Positions 40,249-50,985 of a DNA stretch of 64,000 bases are shown here, piece by piece. The DNA is taken from NCBI GenBank assembly GCA_028707455.1, contig JAQWAY010000001.1, positions 9,764 through 73,763 of the forward strand. The letters are read 5' to 3'. This DNA is from Bacilli bacterium. GTDB lineage: Bacteria > Bacillota_I > Bacilli_A > RF39 > UBA660. Within the stretch, counting starts at the first letter, position 1; every line of letters begins with the position of its first letter. Made by a program: the position numbers and the translations under genes. Below the pieces are notes generated by a model that saw nothing but the letters and a program-made list of their open reading frames with translations, made no database searches and was not told where the DNA came from.

Positions 40249-42109
40249 TATTATATTCCTTCTTTAAATATATCATTAATATCGATATATCACTTGGATT
40301 TATACCGCTTATTCTTAGTGCTTGACCAATTGAACTTGGTCTTACCTCTTGAAGTTTTTGTTTTGCTTCACTTGCTAAATTATGAATTTTATTATAATCA
40401 ATATCCTCTGGAATAAACTTATTATCTAAATTATTCATTTTTTGTGCTTCTTTTTTAACTTTTGCAATATATCCTTCATACTTATTATTTATTTCCACTT
40501 GTTCTATTATTTCTAAATCATAATCAATCTCAATAAACCTTTTAAAATGTTCGATACTAATTTCTGGCCTTTTTAATAAATCATATAGTGATACACTATC
40601 TTTTAGTTGGGTGCTATTTATTTCTTTTAAATATTCATTTACTTCTTTAGTAGGAGTAATTCTATGATGCTTTAGCTTAGTTTCTAAATCAGTTATATTT
40701 TTCTTTTTTGTTTTAAATATATTATATCTTTCTTCATCAATAAGACCAATTTGATATCCGTATTCAGTTAATCTTAAATCTGCATTATCATGTCTTAATA
40801 ATAAACGATACTCTGCCCTTGAAGTTAATAAACGATATGGATCTCTAACTCCTTTAGTTACTAAGTCATCTATTAAAACACCGGTATATGCTTCATCTCT
40901 TTTTAAAATAAGTGGGTCTTTTCCTTCTAATTTTAATGAAGCATTTATACCTGCGATTAAACCTTGACATGCTGCTTCTTCATAACCACTAGTACCATTA
41001 ATTTGTCCTGCAGTAAATAAATTAGTTATTTTTTTTGTTTCTAATGATTGTTTTAACTGAGTCGGATAAATAGCATCATATTCAATAGCATAAGCATATT
41101 TTAATATCTTAGCATTTTCCAAACCTGGTAAACTATGAACTAATTTATCTTGAATATCATATGGCATACTTGTAGAAAAACCTTGTATATATATTGAATC
41201 AGTATGTTTACTTTCTGGTTCTAAAAATAATTGATGTTTTTCTTTATCACTAAAGCGAACAATCTTATCTTCAATTGATGGACAATATCTAGGTCCTACA
41301 CCTTCTATATCATCTAATCCACCATACATACTTGATTTATTTAAATTTTCTTGAATAATCTTATGTGTTTCTTCCGTTGTATAAATTAAATGACATGGTA
41401 CTTGTTCTTCAATTTTATATTGAGGTTGATGATAATAACTAAACGTATGATAACAATCATCACCTTTTTCAATTTTTGCTTTACTAAAATCAATACTATC
41501 CTTTTGAATTCTTTGAGGGGTTCCTGTTTTTAGTCTAACAATATCAAAACCAAGTTTTGCTAAATTACTACTTAAATATAAACTAGGCTTTTCTCCATCT
41601 GGTCCAGAAGTACGACGAGTATCTCCTACCATAATTGATGGTCTTAAATATGTTCCTGTTGTTAATATAACTATTTTGCTTGTAATTTTTTTATCATTTT
41701 CTAAAACTACTCCGCCTACTACATCATTTTCAATAATTAAATCTTCTACAATTGTCTCTAATATTTCTAAGTTTATTTGGTTTTCTAATACTTTTAACAT
41801 TTCTTGTGGATATATTAATTTATCGGCTTGGGCTCTCAATGCTCGAACGGCTGGACCTTTACCACTATTAAGCATCTTTATTTGGATCAATGATCGATCA
41901 GCAATTTTACCCATTTCACCACCTAATGCATCTATTTCGCGAACTACAATTCCTTTTGCACTTCCTCCAATAGACGGATTACAAGGCATATCAGCAATAT
42001 TTTTAATATTTCCAGTAATTAAAAGTGTTTTATGCCCTTTTCTAGCACATGCTAAAGCGGCCTCACAACCAGCATGACCTCCACCAACAACTATTACCTC
42101 ATATTCCAT
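40235..42109 (-). CDS. mnmG: tRNA uridine-5-carboxymethylaminomethyl modification enzyme MnmG (GidA)
   Basis: It has FAD-binding YEVIVVGGGHAGCEAA and is 624 aa. Confidence 0.9.
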   Translation of the reverse strand: MEYEVIVVGGGHAGCEAALACARKGHKTLLITGNIKNIADMPCNPSIGGSAKGIVVREIDALGGEMGKIADRSLIQIKMLNSGKGPAVRALRAQADKLIYPQEMLKVLENQINLEILETIVEDLIIENDVVGGVVLENDKKITSKIVILTTGTYLRPSIMVGDTRRTSGPDGEKPSLYLSSNLAKLGFDIVRLKTGTPQRIQKDSIDFSKAKIEKGDDCYHTFSYYHQPQYKIEEQVPCHLIYTTEETHKIIQENLNKSSMYGGLDDIEGVGPRYCPSIEDKIVRFSDKEKHQLFLEPESKHTDSIYIQGFSTSMPYDIQDKLVHSLPGLENAKILKYAYAIEYDAIYPTQLKQSLETKKITNLFTAGQINGTSGYEEAACQGLIAGINASLKLEGKDPLILKRDEAYTGVLIDDLVTKGVRDPYRLLTSRAEYRLLLRHDNADLRLTEYGYQIGLIDEERYNIFKTKKKNITDLETKLKHHRITPTKEVNEYLKEINSTQLKDSVSLYDLLKRPEISIEHFKRFIEIDYDLEIIEQVEINNKYEGYIAKVKKEAQKMNNLDNKFIPEDIDYNKIHNLASEAKQKLQEVRPSSIGQALRISGINPSDISILMIYLKKEYNNDRR

Positions 42110-42124
42110 CTATTCACCTTCTTC

Positions 42125-43480
42125 CTATTTTCCTAAACAAAATTGACTAAATAATTGATCTAATAATTCTTCTTGATAAGTTTCACCAATTATTTCACCT
42201 AATAAATTCCATATTTCTTTAATATTAATTTCAATCATATCGATTGGTAAATTATTAGATAATCCTTTTTTAACTTCTTCAACGCTATCTAATGTATGTT
42301 TTAAAATTGCTATGCTTCGAGCATTTGTTAAATAACTCATATCGTCAGTTTCTATTTGCTCTAGATTAAATATTTCCTTGATTTTGTCTTTTAATTCTTC
42401 TATTCCTTTGTCTGTAACAGCACTGGTTTTAATAATATAGTCTGAGTTTAATTTTGAAACATCCAACTTATTTTCCAAATCATTCTTATTTATAATAATG
42501 ATGTGGTTTTTATCTTCTAATTTACTTAATATTTCTAAATCATCTTTCGATATTTCTTCATTATTATTTAATACATATAAGATTAAATCTGATTTATCAA
42601 TTAACTCTAAACTTTTTTTAACTCCAATACTTTCCACAATATCATCAGTTTTTCTTATTCCAGCAGTATCAACAATATTTAATATTATTCCATCAATACT
42701 TATTGTTCCTTCGACGATATCTCTAGTAGTTCCTTCTATTTCGGTAACGATAGCTTTATCTTCACCTATTAATTTATTTAATAAACTACTTTTACCAACA
42801 TTTGGTCTACCTATAATAGATGTTGAAATACCTTCTTTAATTAATTTACTGTTTTCACTTTCTTTTAAAATAGTTCTAATTTTACTTTCAATATTAGAGA
42901 TTTTATCTAATATGTGTTTATTAGTTATTTCTTCTATATCTTCATATTCTGGGTAATCAATATTTACTTCAATATTAGCTAGTATTTCAATTATTTCCTG
43001 ACGTAAACCTCTGATGAGATTAGACACCTTGCCATTTACTTGATTAATTGCTAATGTTCTAGCTTTCTCTGTTTTAGAATTAATTAAATCGATAACCCCT
43101 TCAGCTTGTGTTAAATCAATTCTTCCATTTAAAAAAGCCCTTTTGGTGAACTCACCGGGTTCTGCTAAACGACAACCACTATGTAATAATAGTTCTAAAA
43201 TCCTATTAGTAGTTGCAATTCCACCATGAGCATTAATTTCAACCACATCTTCACGTGTAAAAGTTTTAGGAGTACGCATTACTGAAATTAATACTTCATC
43301 AATAACTTTTTCTCCATCAATAATATGATCATAATGAATAGTATGACTTAATGAATTTTCTATTTTTTTTGTTTTAGTAATGCTATTTACTATACTTATA
43401 GCTTCGTTACCGCTAACACGAATAATTGATATTGCACCAACACCTAAGGCAGTTGATATTGCTGTAATTGTATCATCCAT
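42125..43480 (-). CDS. mnmE: tRNA modification GTPase MnmE (TrmE)
   Basis: It has a G-domain (GRPNVGKSSLLN, DTAGIR) and a C-terminal CxGK ending CLGK. Confidence 0.9.
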   Translation of the reverse strand: MDDTITAISTALGVGAISIIRVSGNEAISIVNSITKTKKIENSLSHTIHYDHIIDGEKVIDEVLISVMRTPKTFTREDVVEINAHGGIATTNRILELLLHSGCRLAEPGEFTKRAFLNGRIDLTQAEGVIDLINSKTEKARTLAINQVNGKVSNLIRGLRQEIIEILANIEVNIDYPEYEDIEEITNKHILDKISNIESKIRTILKESENSKLIKEGISTSIIGRPNVGKSSLLNKLIGEDKAIVTEIEGTTRDIVEGTISIDGIILNIVDTAGIRKTDDIVESIGVKKSLELIDKSDLILYVLNNNEEISKDDLEILSKLEDKNHIIIINKNDLENKLDVSKLNSDYIIKTSAVTDKGIEELKDKIKEIFNLEQIETDDMSYLTNARSIAILKHTLDSVEEVKKGLSNNLPIDMIEINIKEIWNLLGEIIGETYQEELLDQLFSQFCLGK

Positions 43481-43485
43481 AATAT

Positions 43486-44010
43486 TTACTCCTTTCTTCT
43501 TATTCCAATATACTTTGGTAATTCTTTTGGGCTTTTAAATATTTCAATTGAAACATATTTATCCACAATTGTAACTATCCAACTTTCTATATAACGTGGT
43601 GGAATCGGTGTTAGTGGAAACATATGTCTAACAATAATATTGCTTGTCTTTTTATCTATCAATGTTGGAAAATATTTTTTTGCATTTATGAGAGCTTCTT
43701 TCGAATGAACAAAACCATGTAATTGAAAAAACGATTTCTTGACCTTTATATTTTGTTGCCAATCCATATAATAAAAATCATGTAACAAACCACCAATAGC
43801 TGCCCTTTTTTTATCAAGATGAAAAGTTCTAGCTAGTTTATATGCTTTTATTGACACACTTAAAGAATGAACATAAACTGATCTATTTTCATGATGATGA
43901 TAGTTTTTTCTTTTAAGAAATTCTTCATGATTTAATATATCTTTAACTATTTCTTTATACTCTTCATCAACATTAGTTAACAATTTCTTTATTAATTTTT
44001 CTTCATTCAT
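43486..44010 (-). CDS. HD-domain phosphohydrolase-like protein
   Basis: The motif H...HD (YVHSLSV...GGLLHDF) is present in a 174-aa protein. Confidence 0.45.
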   Translation of the reverse strand: MNEEKLIKKLLTNVDEEYKEIVKDILNHEEFLKRKNYHHHENRSVYVHSLSVSIKAYKLARTFHLDKKRAAIGGLLHDFYYMDWQQNIKVKKSFFQLHGFVHSKEALINAKKYFPTLIDKKTSNIIVRHMFPLTPIPPRYIESWIVTIVDKYVSIEIFKSPKELPKYIGIRRKE

Positions 44011-44104
44011 ACTTTTTCCCTCTGTGGTTATTTTACATTAATTGTTTTCTATAGTCAATTAAAAAAAGACTATGTTGAAGTGAACCTCAAATAGTCTCTT
44101 TATG

Positions 44105-44716
44105 TTAGTCTTCTTTATATTTTATAATTACATATCTTTCTGGTGCTTCCCCAACACTAACTGTTTCAAGATCATTATAATTAGAAACAATAGTATGAAC
44201 AATCCTTCTCTTATATGAATTCATCGGATCTAATTTTACTTCTATTTTTGATTTTAAAACTTCTTTTACTATTTTTTTAATCTCATATTCAAAGTTTCTT
44301 TCTTTATTCCTTCTATAATTTGAAGAATCAACATTAACTTTTACATTGAAATTTGTCACACTACTAATTGATTGTCTTAACAACAATTGAATAGCTTCTA
44401 AAGTACGACCATCTTTTCCTATTATAATAGCTGTTTGATCTGTTACTAATATTACTTGAATAATATCTTCTACTTCTCTAACCTCACTATTTAGTTGTAT
44501 TCCCATTAAAGTTCCTAAATCTCTAATAAAACTTTTTATGTAATTAATAACTTCTTCTTTTAATAAAACTTCAATAATAATTTTTTTTCCTTTAAAAAGT
44601 CCGCCCTCTTGTTCCTTATCTATTATATATAAATCAGATAATTCTTTATTTAGTTCCGTTAGGCATTTACTTATTGCATCTTCTTTAGTTTTTCCTTCAT
44701 ACTTAAGCACTTTCAT
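44105..44716 (-). CDS. jag: Jag/KhpB RNA-binding protein (KH + R3H domains)
   Basis: It has a C-terminal R3H domain and lies downstream of yidC. Confidence 0.75.
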   Translation of the reverse strand: MKVLKYEGKTKEDAISKCLTELNKELSDLYIIDKEQEGGLFKGKKIIIEVLLKEEVINYIKSFIRDLGTLMGIQLNSEVREVEDIIQVILVTDQTAIIIGKDGRTLEAIQLLLRQSISSVTNFNVKVNVDSSNYRRNKERNFEYEIKKIVKEVLKSKIEVKLDPMNSYKRRIVHTIVSNYNDLETVSVGEAPERYVIIKYKED

Positions 44717-45635
44717 TTTCTTTACTCCTTTTTATATACATATTTTGGAATATTGTAAAACTACTATTTACTATCCAATATAATGCAATACCTGATGGAA
44801 TACTAAATGAAATCATAAGGATGAATGCTAACATGAATTTCATCATAAATTTCATTTGACTTTCTTGTTCCTTACTCATAGTAGCTCCACTATTTAACTT
44901 AAATGAAAAATATGTTGTTATAAATACTAATACAATTATAATTATATATTGAAATTGATTAGTTTTAAAAGCTGAAGCTGGACTTGTACCTAATTGAAAA
45001 GATAAAAATTCTTCTTCGAAAAGTACTGGTAAACGATTCATGGCTTCAAAGAAAGCAAAGAATAGTGGAATTTGAATTAATGAAAATAAACAACCTGACA
45101 TTGGGCTTATATTATATTTTTTATAAATCAATAACATTTCTTGACCCTTTTGCATAGAACTTTCTTGATCCTTACGATCTTTATATTTCTTTTCTAAATT
45201 ATCAAGTTCTGGTTTAGCCTTTTTCATATTTTCTGATTGAACAGCTGTTTTCTTTGTAACTGGGATTAAAACCGATCTTATCAATATAGTAATAATTATA
45301 ATTGATATACCATAATTATTAAATAATTTGGTTAGATTAACTAATACCCAGACTAGTGGTTTAACAAAAATAGTTGTCCATACACCTTCATACTTTCCGG
45401 TACTAAGGTTGAATTCATCACACTTTTGTAACTTACTGATATCAATTTTATTTTCTTTATATATTTTAATTATATTTTGATCCTCTGGTTGACACAATAT
45501 ATTAGCTGTTAAATTTTGTCCCGTTTCAGGGTTAACAACTGGTTTTTTGTCTTTAGTTTGAAGTGTTTTAGTACATCCACTTACAGAAAATACCATTACC
45601 ATCAATACTATAACTAATAACATCTTCTTTTTCAT
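44703..45635 (-). CDS. yidC: Membrane protein insertase YidC/OxaA (SpoIIIJ-type lipoprotein)
   Basis: It has a lipobox VFSVSGC and the five-TM YidC core. Confidence 0.85.
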   Translation of the reverse strand: MKKKMLLVIVLMVMVFSVSGCTKTLQTKDKKPVVNPETGQNLTANILCQPEDQNIIKIYKENKIDISKLQKCDEFNLSTGKYEGVWTTIFVKPLVWVLVNLTKLFNNYGISIIIITILIRSVLIPVTKKTAVQSENMKKAKPELDNLEKKYKDRKDQESSMQKGQEMLLIYKKYNISPMSGCLFSLIQIPLFFAFFEAMNRLPVLFEEEFLSFQLGTSPASAFKTNQFQYIIIIVLVFITTYFSFKLNSGATMSKEQESQMKFMMKFMLAFILMISFSIPSGIALYWIVNSSFTIFQNMYIKRSKENESA

Positions 45636-45973
45636 TAAACGTTCTCCTTTAATACTTTTATCTTGGTAAGAATTTCAAATAATTCTTTTTTCATATCGGC
45701 AAATGTTTTATTTAAAATATCTTTCTTTACTATTATAATACAATTAAAACCTTTTTGGTAGTTTTTTTGATCAATAATATTTTTTAATTGCCTTTTTATT
45801 TTATTTCTAACAACTGCATTACCAATTCTAGTACCTACTGAAATACCAAAGCGATATATTTCTTCATCGTGATGTTCTAAATAAATAATATAACTCTTAA
45901 ATTTATATGGTTTATAGTTTTTAATTATTCTTTGAAACTCACGATTTTCTCTTAGAATATTTATCTTTTTCAT
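45635..45973 (-). CDS. rnpA: Ribonuclease P protein component
   Basis: It is 112 aa and basic. It lies downstream of rpmH. Confidence 0.85.
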   Translation of the reverse strand: MKKINILRENREFQRIIKNYKPYKFKSYIIYLEHHDEEIYRFGISVGTRIGNAVVRNKIKRQLKNIIDQKNYQKGFNCIIIVKKDILNKTFADMKKELFEILTKIKVLKENV

Positions 45974-45998
45974 ATTTCACCTCTTAATAGTAAAAAAC

Positions 45999-46018
45999 CA
46001 CTGAAAAAACAGTGGTAG
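45999..46018 (-). terminator. Hairpin between rpmH and rnpA (attenuator/terminator)
   Basis: ACCACTG-aaaaaa-CAGTGGT is followed by a T run in minus-strand orientation. Confidence 0.5.
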
Positions 46019-46021
46019 TTG

Positions 46022-46144
46022 TTAATGGGATAATACTTTACGTCCTTTTTTTCTTCTTCTTTTTATAATTGATGTTTTCATACGAGCAAAGAATCCCATT
46101 TTTTTACTTCTTTTTCTTGTATTTGGTTGAAAAGTTCTTTTCAT
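46022..46144 (-). CDS. rpmH: 50S ribosomal protein L34
   Basis: Hand translation of the minus strand gives [40 protein letters not shown] followed by a stop. It is too short for the ORF track. Confidence 0.9.
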   Translation of the reverse strand: MKRTFQPNTRKRSKKMGFFARMKTSIIKRRRKKGRKVLSH

Positions 46145-46255
46145 ACGTATACACCTCCTGAAATTTAATTTTTTGTGTGTTGCTAATTCATTATATATAT
46201 AAAAGCGGCTTTTGTCAAACTTTTTTTTCTTTATTTATAATACAAATATATAGTT

Positions 46256-46448
46256 TAGTGGAAAAAAATACTCACAAATATGTTTTCCACAGTATTTTGT
46301 TTTTTTATTTATATATATTTAATATCTTTTAACTAGTTTTCCACAAATGTGTGGAAAAGTTATGAACTTTTATATGTTAATAACTTTTTTTCCACTTTGT
46401 ATGTGGAAAAGTGTCTTTTATGAATGTTTTTAATAACTTTTTTCCACA
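46256..46448. promoter_or_regulatory. oriC, the DnaA-box cluster upstream of dnaA
   Basis: At least seven TTTTCCACA, TTTTCCACT or inverse TGTGGAAAA boxes lie at 46256, 46284, 46337, 46349, 46387, 46402 and 46440, in both orientations. An AT-rich tract sits at 46300-46326. Confidence 0.75.
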
Positions 46449-46515
46449 TTTTAATTGTTATTTATGAAAAAATAAGGTAAAATGTTAATTAGATGGTGAA
46501 TTGAGGTGGTTTGGT

Positions 46516-47868
46516 ATGAAAATAGAAGTTATTTGGGATTCTTTTTTAAATAAAATTAAAGAAGAGTTAAAACAACCATTACTATATGATGCTTGGTTTG
46601 CTGAAACTAAATTAATCGAATTAAAAGATGATTATGCTAAAATATTAGTTCCAATGCCTATCCATAAAAAACATTTAAAAAGTAATTACAATGATTTAAT
46701 TGAAAAAACATTTAATGAAATTACTGGTTCTAATTTTAAAATTGAGTATATTACAGAAGAAGAGTTAGAACAAAATATTGTTATTGATACTGATAATATG
46801 GGGGTCCCTGCTGATGTATTTGTATCTAATCTAGATCCTAAACATACATTTGATAATTTTATAGTTGGGGAAAGTAATAAATTTGCTAAATATAATGCTC
46901 TTGCTGTAGCAGAAAAACCAGGACAGATTTATAATCCTTTATTTATATATGGGTCAAGTGGTCTTGGGAAAACCCATTTAATGCACGCAATTGGAAATTA
47001 TATTGTGGAAAATAGTAATAAAAAGGTATTATATACGACAAGTGATTACTTTGTTAATGATTTTGTTGAACTATATAAACATAAAAGCAGTAAGAATAAC
47101 TTTGATATTGTTGATAAATTTAAAGAAAAGTATAGAAGTTTAGATGTTCTAATTATAGATGATATTCAATACTTAGAAATTGCACCTACATCACAACAAG
47201 AATTCTTTAATACATTCAATGATTTACATAATAATAAAAAGCAAATTATTATTGCTTCAGATCGTTCACCAGATGATTTAAGAAAATTGGAAGATAATCT
47301 TCGTACAAGATTCAATTGGGGACTTACAGTTAATATTTTTCCACCGGATTTTGAATTAAGAATGAATATTATCGATACTAAAATTAAATCGTATGAAATG
47401 ATGTTTGATTTTCCACAGGATGTTAAAGAATATATTGCTAGTAATTGTACTAGTGATATAAGGAAACTTGAAGGTGCTATTAATCGTGTATATGCTTACG
47501 CAACTATAATGAATGGTTCTAATATAACTTTAGAATTAGCTATTGAAGCTTTAAAAGATTATTTTGTAAAAAGTATTATATCAAAAAATAAAATTGAACA
47601 AGTACAGCAATTGGTTGCTAATCGATATAATATTACTGTGGAAGATTTAAAAAGTAAAAGGAGAAGTGCAAACATTGGAGTTCCGCGACAAATTGCTATG
47701 TATATATGTCGCATATACCTAGAAGAACCTTTTGCTAGAATCGGTAGTGATTTTGGTGGTAAGGATCATACAACAGTAATGCACTCTGTTGATAAAATAA
47801 CTAAAGAATTACAAAAGGATCCACAGTTAGCTACAGAAATAGAAAATATTGTTAACAACATGAAATAG
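46516..47868 (+). CDS. dnaA: Chromosomal replication initiator DnaA
   Basis: It has AAA+ Walker A GSSGLGKTHL and a C-terminal DnaA-box-binding HTH. The start was set to the ATG at 46516 (MKIEVIW), which has a GAGGTGG RBS. Confidence 0.9.
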   Translation: MKIEVIWDSFLNKIKEELKQPLLYDAWFAETKLIELKDDYAKILVPMPIHKKHLKSNYNDLIEKTFNEITGSNFKIEYITEEELEQNIVIDTDNMGVPADVFVSNLDPKHTFDNFIVGESNKFAKYNALAVAEKPGQIYNPLFIYGSSGLGKTHLMHAIGNYIVENSNKKVLYTTSDYFVNDFVELYKHKSSKNNFDIVDKFKEKYRSLDVLIIDDIQYLEIAPTSQQEFFNTFNDLHNNKKQIIIASDRSPDDLRKLEDNLRTRFNWGLTVNIFPPDFELRMNIIDTKIKSYEMMFDFPQDVKEYIASNCTSDIRKLEGAINRVYAYATIMNGSNITLELAIEALKDYFVKSIISKNKIEQVQQLVANRYNITVEDLKSKRRSANIGVPRQIAMYICRIYLEEPFARIGSDFGGKDHTTVMHSVDKITKELQKDPQLATEIENIVNNMK

Positions 47869-47946
47869 TGGAAAACAATTGTCGTAAATTAATTATATTT
47901 GTATGGTTTAATTACCAAAAAAGAATTTTCCACCATTTCCACCACA
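47867..47946. promoter_or_regulatory. Second DnaA-box cluster, between dnaA and dnaN, with a following AT-rich tract that is a candidate DUE
   Basis: AGTGGAAAA lies at 47867, and TTTTCCACC and TTTCCACCA at 47926-47946. A nearly pure A/T stretch runs 47950-48010. Confidence 0.55.
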
Positions 47947-48025
47947 ATAATAATAATACTTAATATAAAAAATATATAATATTATTTTGAAAAAAAGTCT
48001 TAATTAATAATTAAAGGAGGATATT

Positions 48026-49147
48026 ATGAAAATATCAATTAAAAAAAATATTTTAATGGAACATTTAAATTATGTTATTAAAGGAATTTCAAGTAAAAAC
48101 TTAATACCTATATTAAATTGTATTAAATTTGAATTAACAAGTGAAGGATTATATCTATTAAGTACAGATAATGAAATAGCTATTAAAACTTTTATCAATA
48201 AAAGTGAAATAGAAAATATTGAAGAAAAGGGAGATTTAGTAATTTCTGGAAGGTATATTTATGATATTATTAGAAAATTACCAAATGAAGTTATTCATAT
48301 TGAAGAATTAATTGATTCAAAAGTTAAAATATATACTTCTAACTCATCATTTAATTTAAATTGTAATAATCCATCTGAATTTCCTCAACTAGAATTAGAA
48401 GAACATAAAAATCCTATCAATATTAATAAAAAAGTATTTAAAAACATAGTTCAACAAACTATTTTTGCTACATCAAATCAAGAATCAAGACCAGTTTTAA
48501 CAGGTTTAAATTTTGTTATTAAAGATGATTTAGTAGAATGTACAGCAACAGATTCATATCGCCTTGCTAAAAAAAATGTAAAATTGCAAGATAATGTGGG
48601 GGAAAATATCAATATAATTATTCCTACTAAAAACTTAAATGAAATTAATAAATTATTAAATGATGAAGAAGAAAATATTCAATTACATATTTTCTCAAAT
48701 AAAATAATATTCAAATTTAGTACTATTACTTTTATGTCTAGATTAATAAATGGTACATATCCTGATACTAAAGCATTAATACCAACTGATTTCTTATTAA
48801 CAATAAAAGTAAAATTAGCGGATTTTTATGATTCTATTGATCGTGCTTCATTATTAACTAGTGAAAGTGATAAAAATACTATTAAACTCGAAAGTAAAAA
48901 TAATATCCTAGTTATTTCTTCAAATATTCCTGAAATAGGTAATGTTGAGGAAAAAATCGAGGGAATCAAAAATAATGATGAAGAAATAAAAATAGCTTTT
49001 AGTTCTAAATATATGATGGAAGCTTTAAAGTCATTAGAATGTGAAGAAATATTATTAATGTTTAATGGGGAAATTAAACCAATCATTGTGAAAAATCCTG
49101 AAAGCGATGATTTAATTCAATTAATTTTACCAATTAGAACATATTAA
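48026..49147 (+). CDS. dnaN: DNA polymerase III beta sliding clamp
   Basis: At 373 aa it has three-domain clamp architecture. The RBS is AAGGAGG. Confidence 0.9.
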   Translation: MKISIKKNILMEHLNYVIKGISSKNLIPILNCIKFELTSEGLYLLSTDNEIAIKTFINKSEIENIEEKGDLVISGRYIYDIIRKLPNEVIHIEELIDSKVKIYTSNSSFNLNCNNPSEFPQLELEEHKNPININKKVFKNIVQQTIFATSNQESRPVLTGLNFVIKDDLVECTATDSYRLAKKNVKLQDNVGENINIIIPTKNLNEINKLLNDEEENIQLHIFSNKIIFKFSTITFMSRLINGTYPDTKALIPTDFLLTIKVKLADFYDSIDRASLLTSESDKNTIKLESKNNILVISSNIPEIGNVEEKIEGIKNNDEEIKIAFSSKYMMEALKSLECEEILLMFNGEIKPIIVKNPESDDLIQLILPIRTY

Positions 49148-49175
49148 AATGAAGTTTTGCTTCATTTTTTTATTT
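49148..49175 (+). terminator. dnaN rho-independent terminator
   Basis: AATGAAGttttgCTTCATT is followed by TTTTTTATTTT. Confidence 0.65.
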
Positions 49176-49266
49176 TCCACCTTTTTCGACAATATACGAC
49201 AAAAAGAAGGTGTATAAGGATATTGATTCCTTTTGAGGAAAATATTAGTAGGGGGGAAGTGAGGAT

Positions 49267-49725
49267 ATGAGAGATAGTTACGAAATCAACAGAGGTACTT
49301 TAGCAATAATTCCAGTTACAGATAAAATTTCGCAAGTTATTGAGGATGAAAATCAATTTTTAGTAAGAAAATCAACCACTAAAATAATTGATGAGAGTTG
49401 TAAGTTTTTTGGAAGTTCGTATTTAGGCAGGAAAGATGGTACAAAAAGATTAATTGGTGTAACATATAAAGCACCAATTATTGTTTGTGAATCTAGTGGC
49501 ATAATCTTTTTTCCAACAAGCTCACCACGTTTTGATAATTGTCATTGGATATCATTAAATAACTTAAAAGATTACACGAAACATAAAACAGATATTAATA
49601 AATGTATTGTAACATTTAAAAATGACAAAGAAATACAATTAAATTTATCATTTTTTATCTTAGAAAATCAAATATATCGTGCAACTATGTTGGAATCTAA
49701 ATTAATGAAGCTAAAAACAGCCTAA
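49267..49725 (+). CDS. comK: ComK-family transcription factor homolog, short form lacking the C-terminal ~40 aa of B. subtilis ComK
   Basis: Conserved ComK blocks are present: YEINRGTLAIIPV, SCKFFGSSYLGRKDGT, FFPTSSPRFDNCHWIS and ENQIYRATMLESK. The comparison to the B. subtilis ComK blocks YEVNGATIAVLPE, SCRFFGSSYAGRKAGT and ENQVYRTAWLRTK is from memory. Confidence 0.65.
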   Translation: MRDSYEINRGTLAIIPVTDKISQVIEDENQFLVRKSTTKIIDESCKFFGSSYLGRKDGTKRLIGVTYKAPIIVCESSGIIFFPTSSPRFDNCHWISLNNLKDYTKHKTDINKCIVTFKNDKEIQLNLSFFILENQIYRATMLESKLMKLKTA

Positions 49726-49750
49726 AATAAGCAATATTGCTTATTTTTTC
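49726..49750 (+). terminator. Terminator after the comK-like gene
   Basis: AATAAGCAATATTGCTTATT is followed by TTTTCTTTTTTT. Confidence 0.6.
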
Positions 49751-49854
49751 TTTTTTTAATATAAATAATGTGATATAATATTTATGTGTATAGGACTACT
49801 AATAAGTACTAAAAAAATCTAAAAAGGGCAAAAAAATGGAAATGAGGCAATAAT

Positions 49855-50985
49855 ATGATTCTAAAGAGTATAAAAATTGAGAACTTTAGAAATTATGAAG
49901 CTTTAGAATTATTATTTGATAAAAAAATAAATATTATATATGGAAATAATGCCCAAGGTAAAACAAATATATTGGAGAGTATTTATGTATTAGGTTTAAC
50001 TAAATCACATCGATCATTCATAGATAATAATTTAATAAAAAATGGATTTAATAGAGCAAAAATTAGTGGAGTTGTTTTTAATAATAGACTTAACACTAAT
50101 ATGGAAGTGACTATTGAAAATAAAACAAAACATTTAAAAATTGATAATAGTGATATAAAAAAAACAAGTGATTATATTTCTAAATTAAATATTATTATCT
50201 TTTATCCAGAGGATTTAGAATTAATAAAGGGTTCTCCTAGCATAAGAAGGAAATATTTTAATTTAGAACTAAGTCAATTATATAGTCAATATTTTAAGGT
50301 TTTAAATGATTATAAGAAAATATTAAAAATAAGAAATGAATATTTAAAGCAAATGCAAAAAAATATTAAAGTAGATCAAACTTATTTTGATATATTGACT
50401 GAATATTTAATAGATAAAGCTATTTTTATATATAAAGCACGTGATAAGTTTCTTTTACGAATAAATGAATCATGTGAAAAGATTTATGAAAAGGTTTCAG
50501 GTAGCAAAGGATTAAATATTAAATATAGTCCTTATTTTAACTTTGAAAGTTTTGAAACAGATTATTTAAAACAATTTTTAAAGGATAAATGCTTAAAAAT
50601 GTATAATACCGAAATTAAATTAGGTATGACTTTAGTAGGACCACATCGAGATGATTTTATTTTTTATTTAAAGGATAAAAACTTAAAAGAATATGGTTCA
50701 CAAGGTCAACAAAGGTTAGCTGTTATTGCTTTAAAATTAGCAGAGGTTGAAGTTTTTAAAAATTATAATAAAATAAATCCTATTTTATTATTAGATGATG
50801 TCTTTAGCGAGTTAGATGATACTAAAAAAAATAAACTACTAAGATATATATCAAAAAATACCCAAACTTTTATAACAACAACCGATTTAAATAATATAAA
50901 TCAAAAGACATTAAGTAAAGCTAAAATATTTAAAATTAAAGAAGGCAAAGTAATAAAAACAAAAGAGGTGGAAAAAAATGGGTAA
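49855..50985 (+). CDS. recF: DNA replication and repair protein RecF
   Basis: It has Walker [10 protein letters not shown] and an SMC-like C-terminal signature. Confidence 0.9.
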   Translation: MILKSIKIENFRNYEALELLFDKKINIIYGNNAQGKTNILESIYVLGLTKSHRSFIDNNLIKNGFNRAKISGVVFNNRLNTNMEVTIENKTKHLKIDNSDIKKTSDYISKLNIIIFYPEDLELIKGSPSIRRKYFNLELSQLYSQYFKVLNDYKKILKIRNEYLKQMQKNIKVDQTYFDILTEYLIDKAIFIYKARDKFLLRINESCEKIYEKVSGSKGLNIKYSPYFNFESFETDYLKQFLKDKCLKMYNTEIKLGMTLVGPHRDDFIFYLKDKNLKEYGSQGQQRLAVIALKLAEVEVFKNYNKINPILLLDDVFSELDDTKKNKLLRYISKNTQTFITTTDLNNINQKTLSKAKIFKIKEGKVIKTKEVEKNG

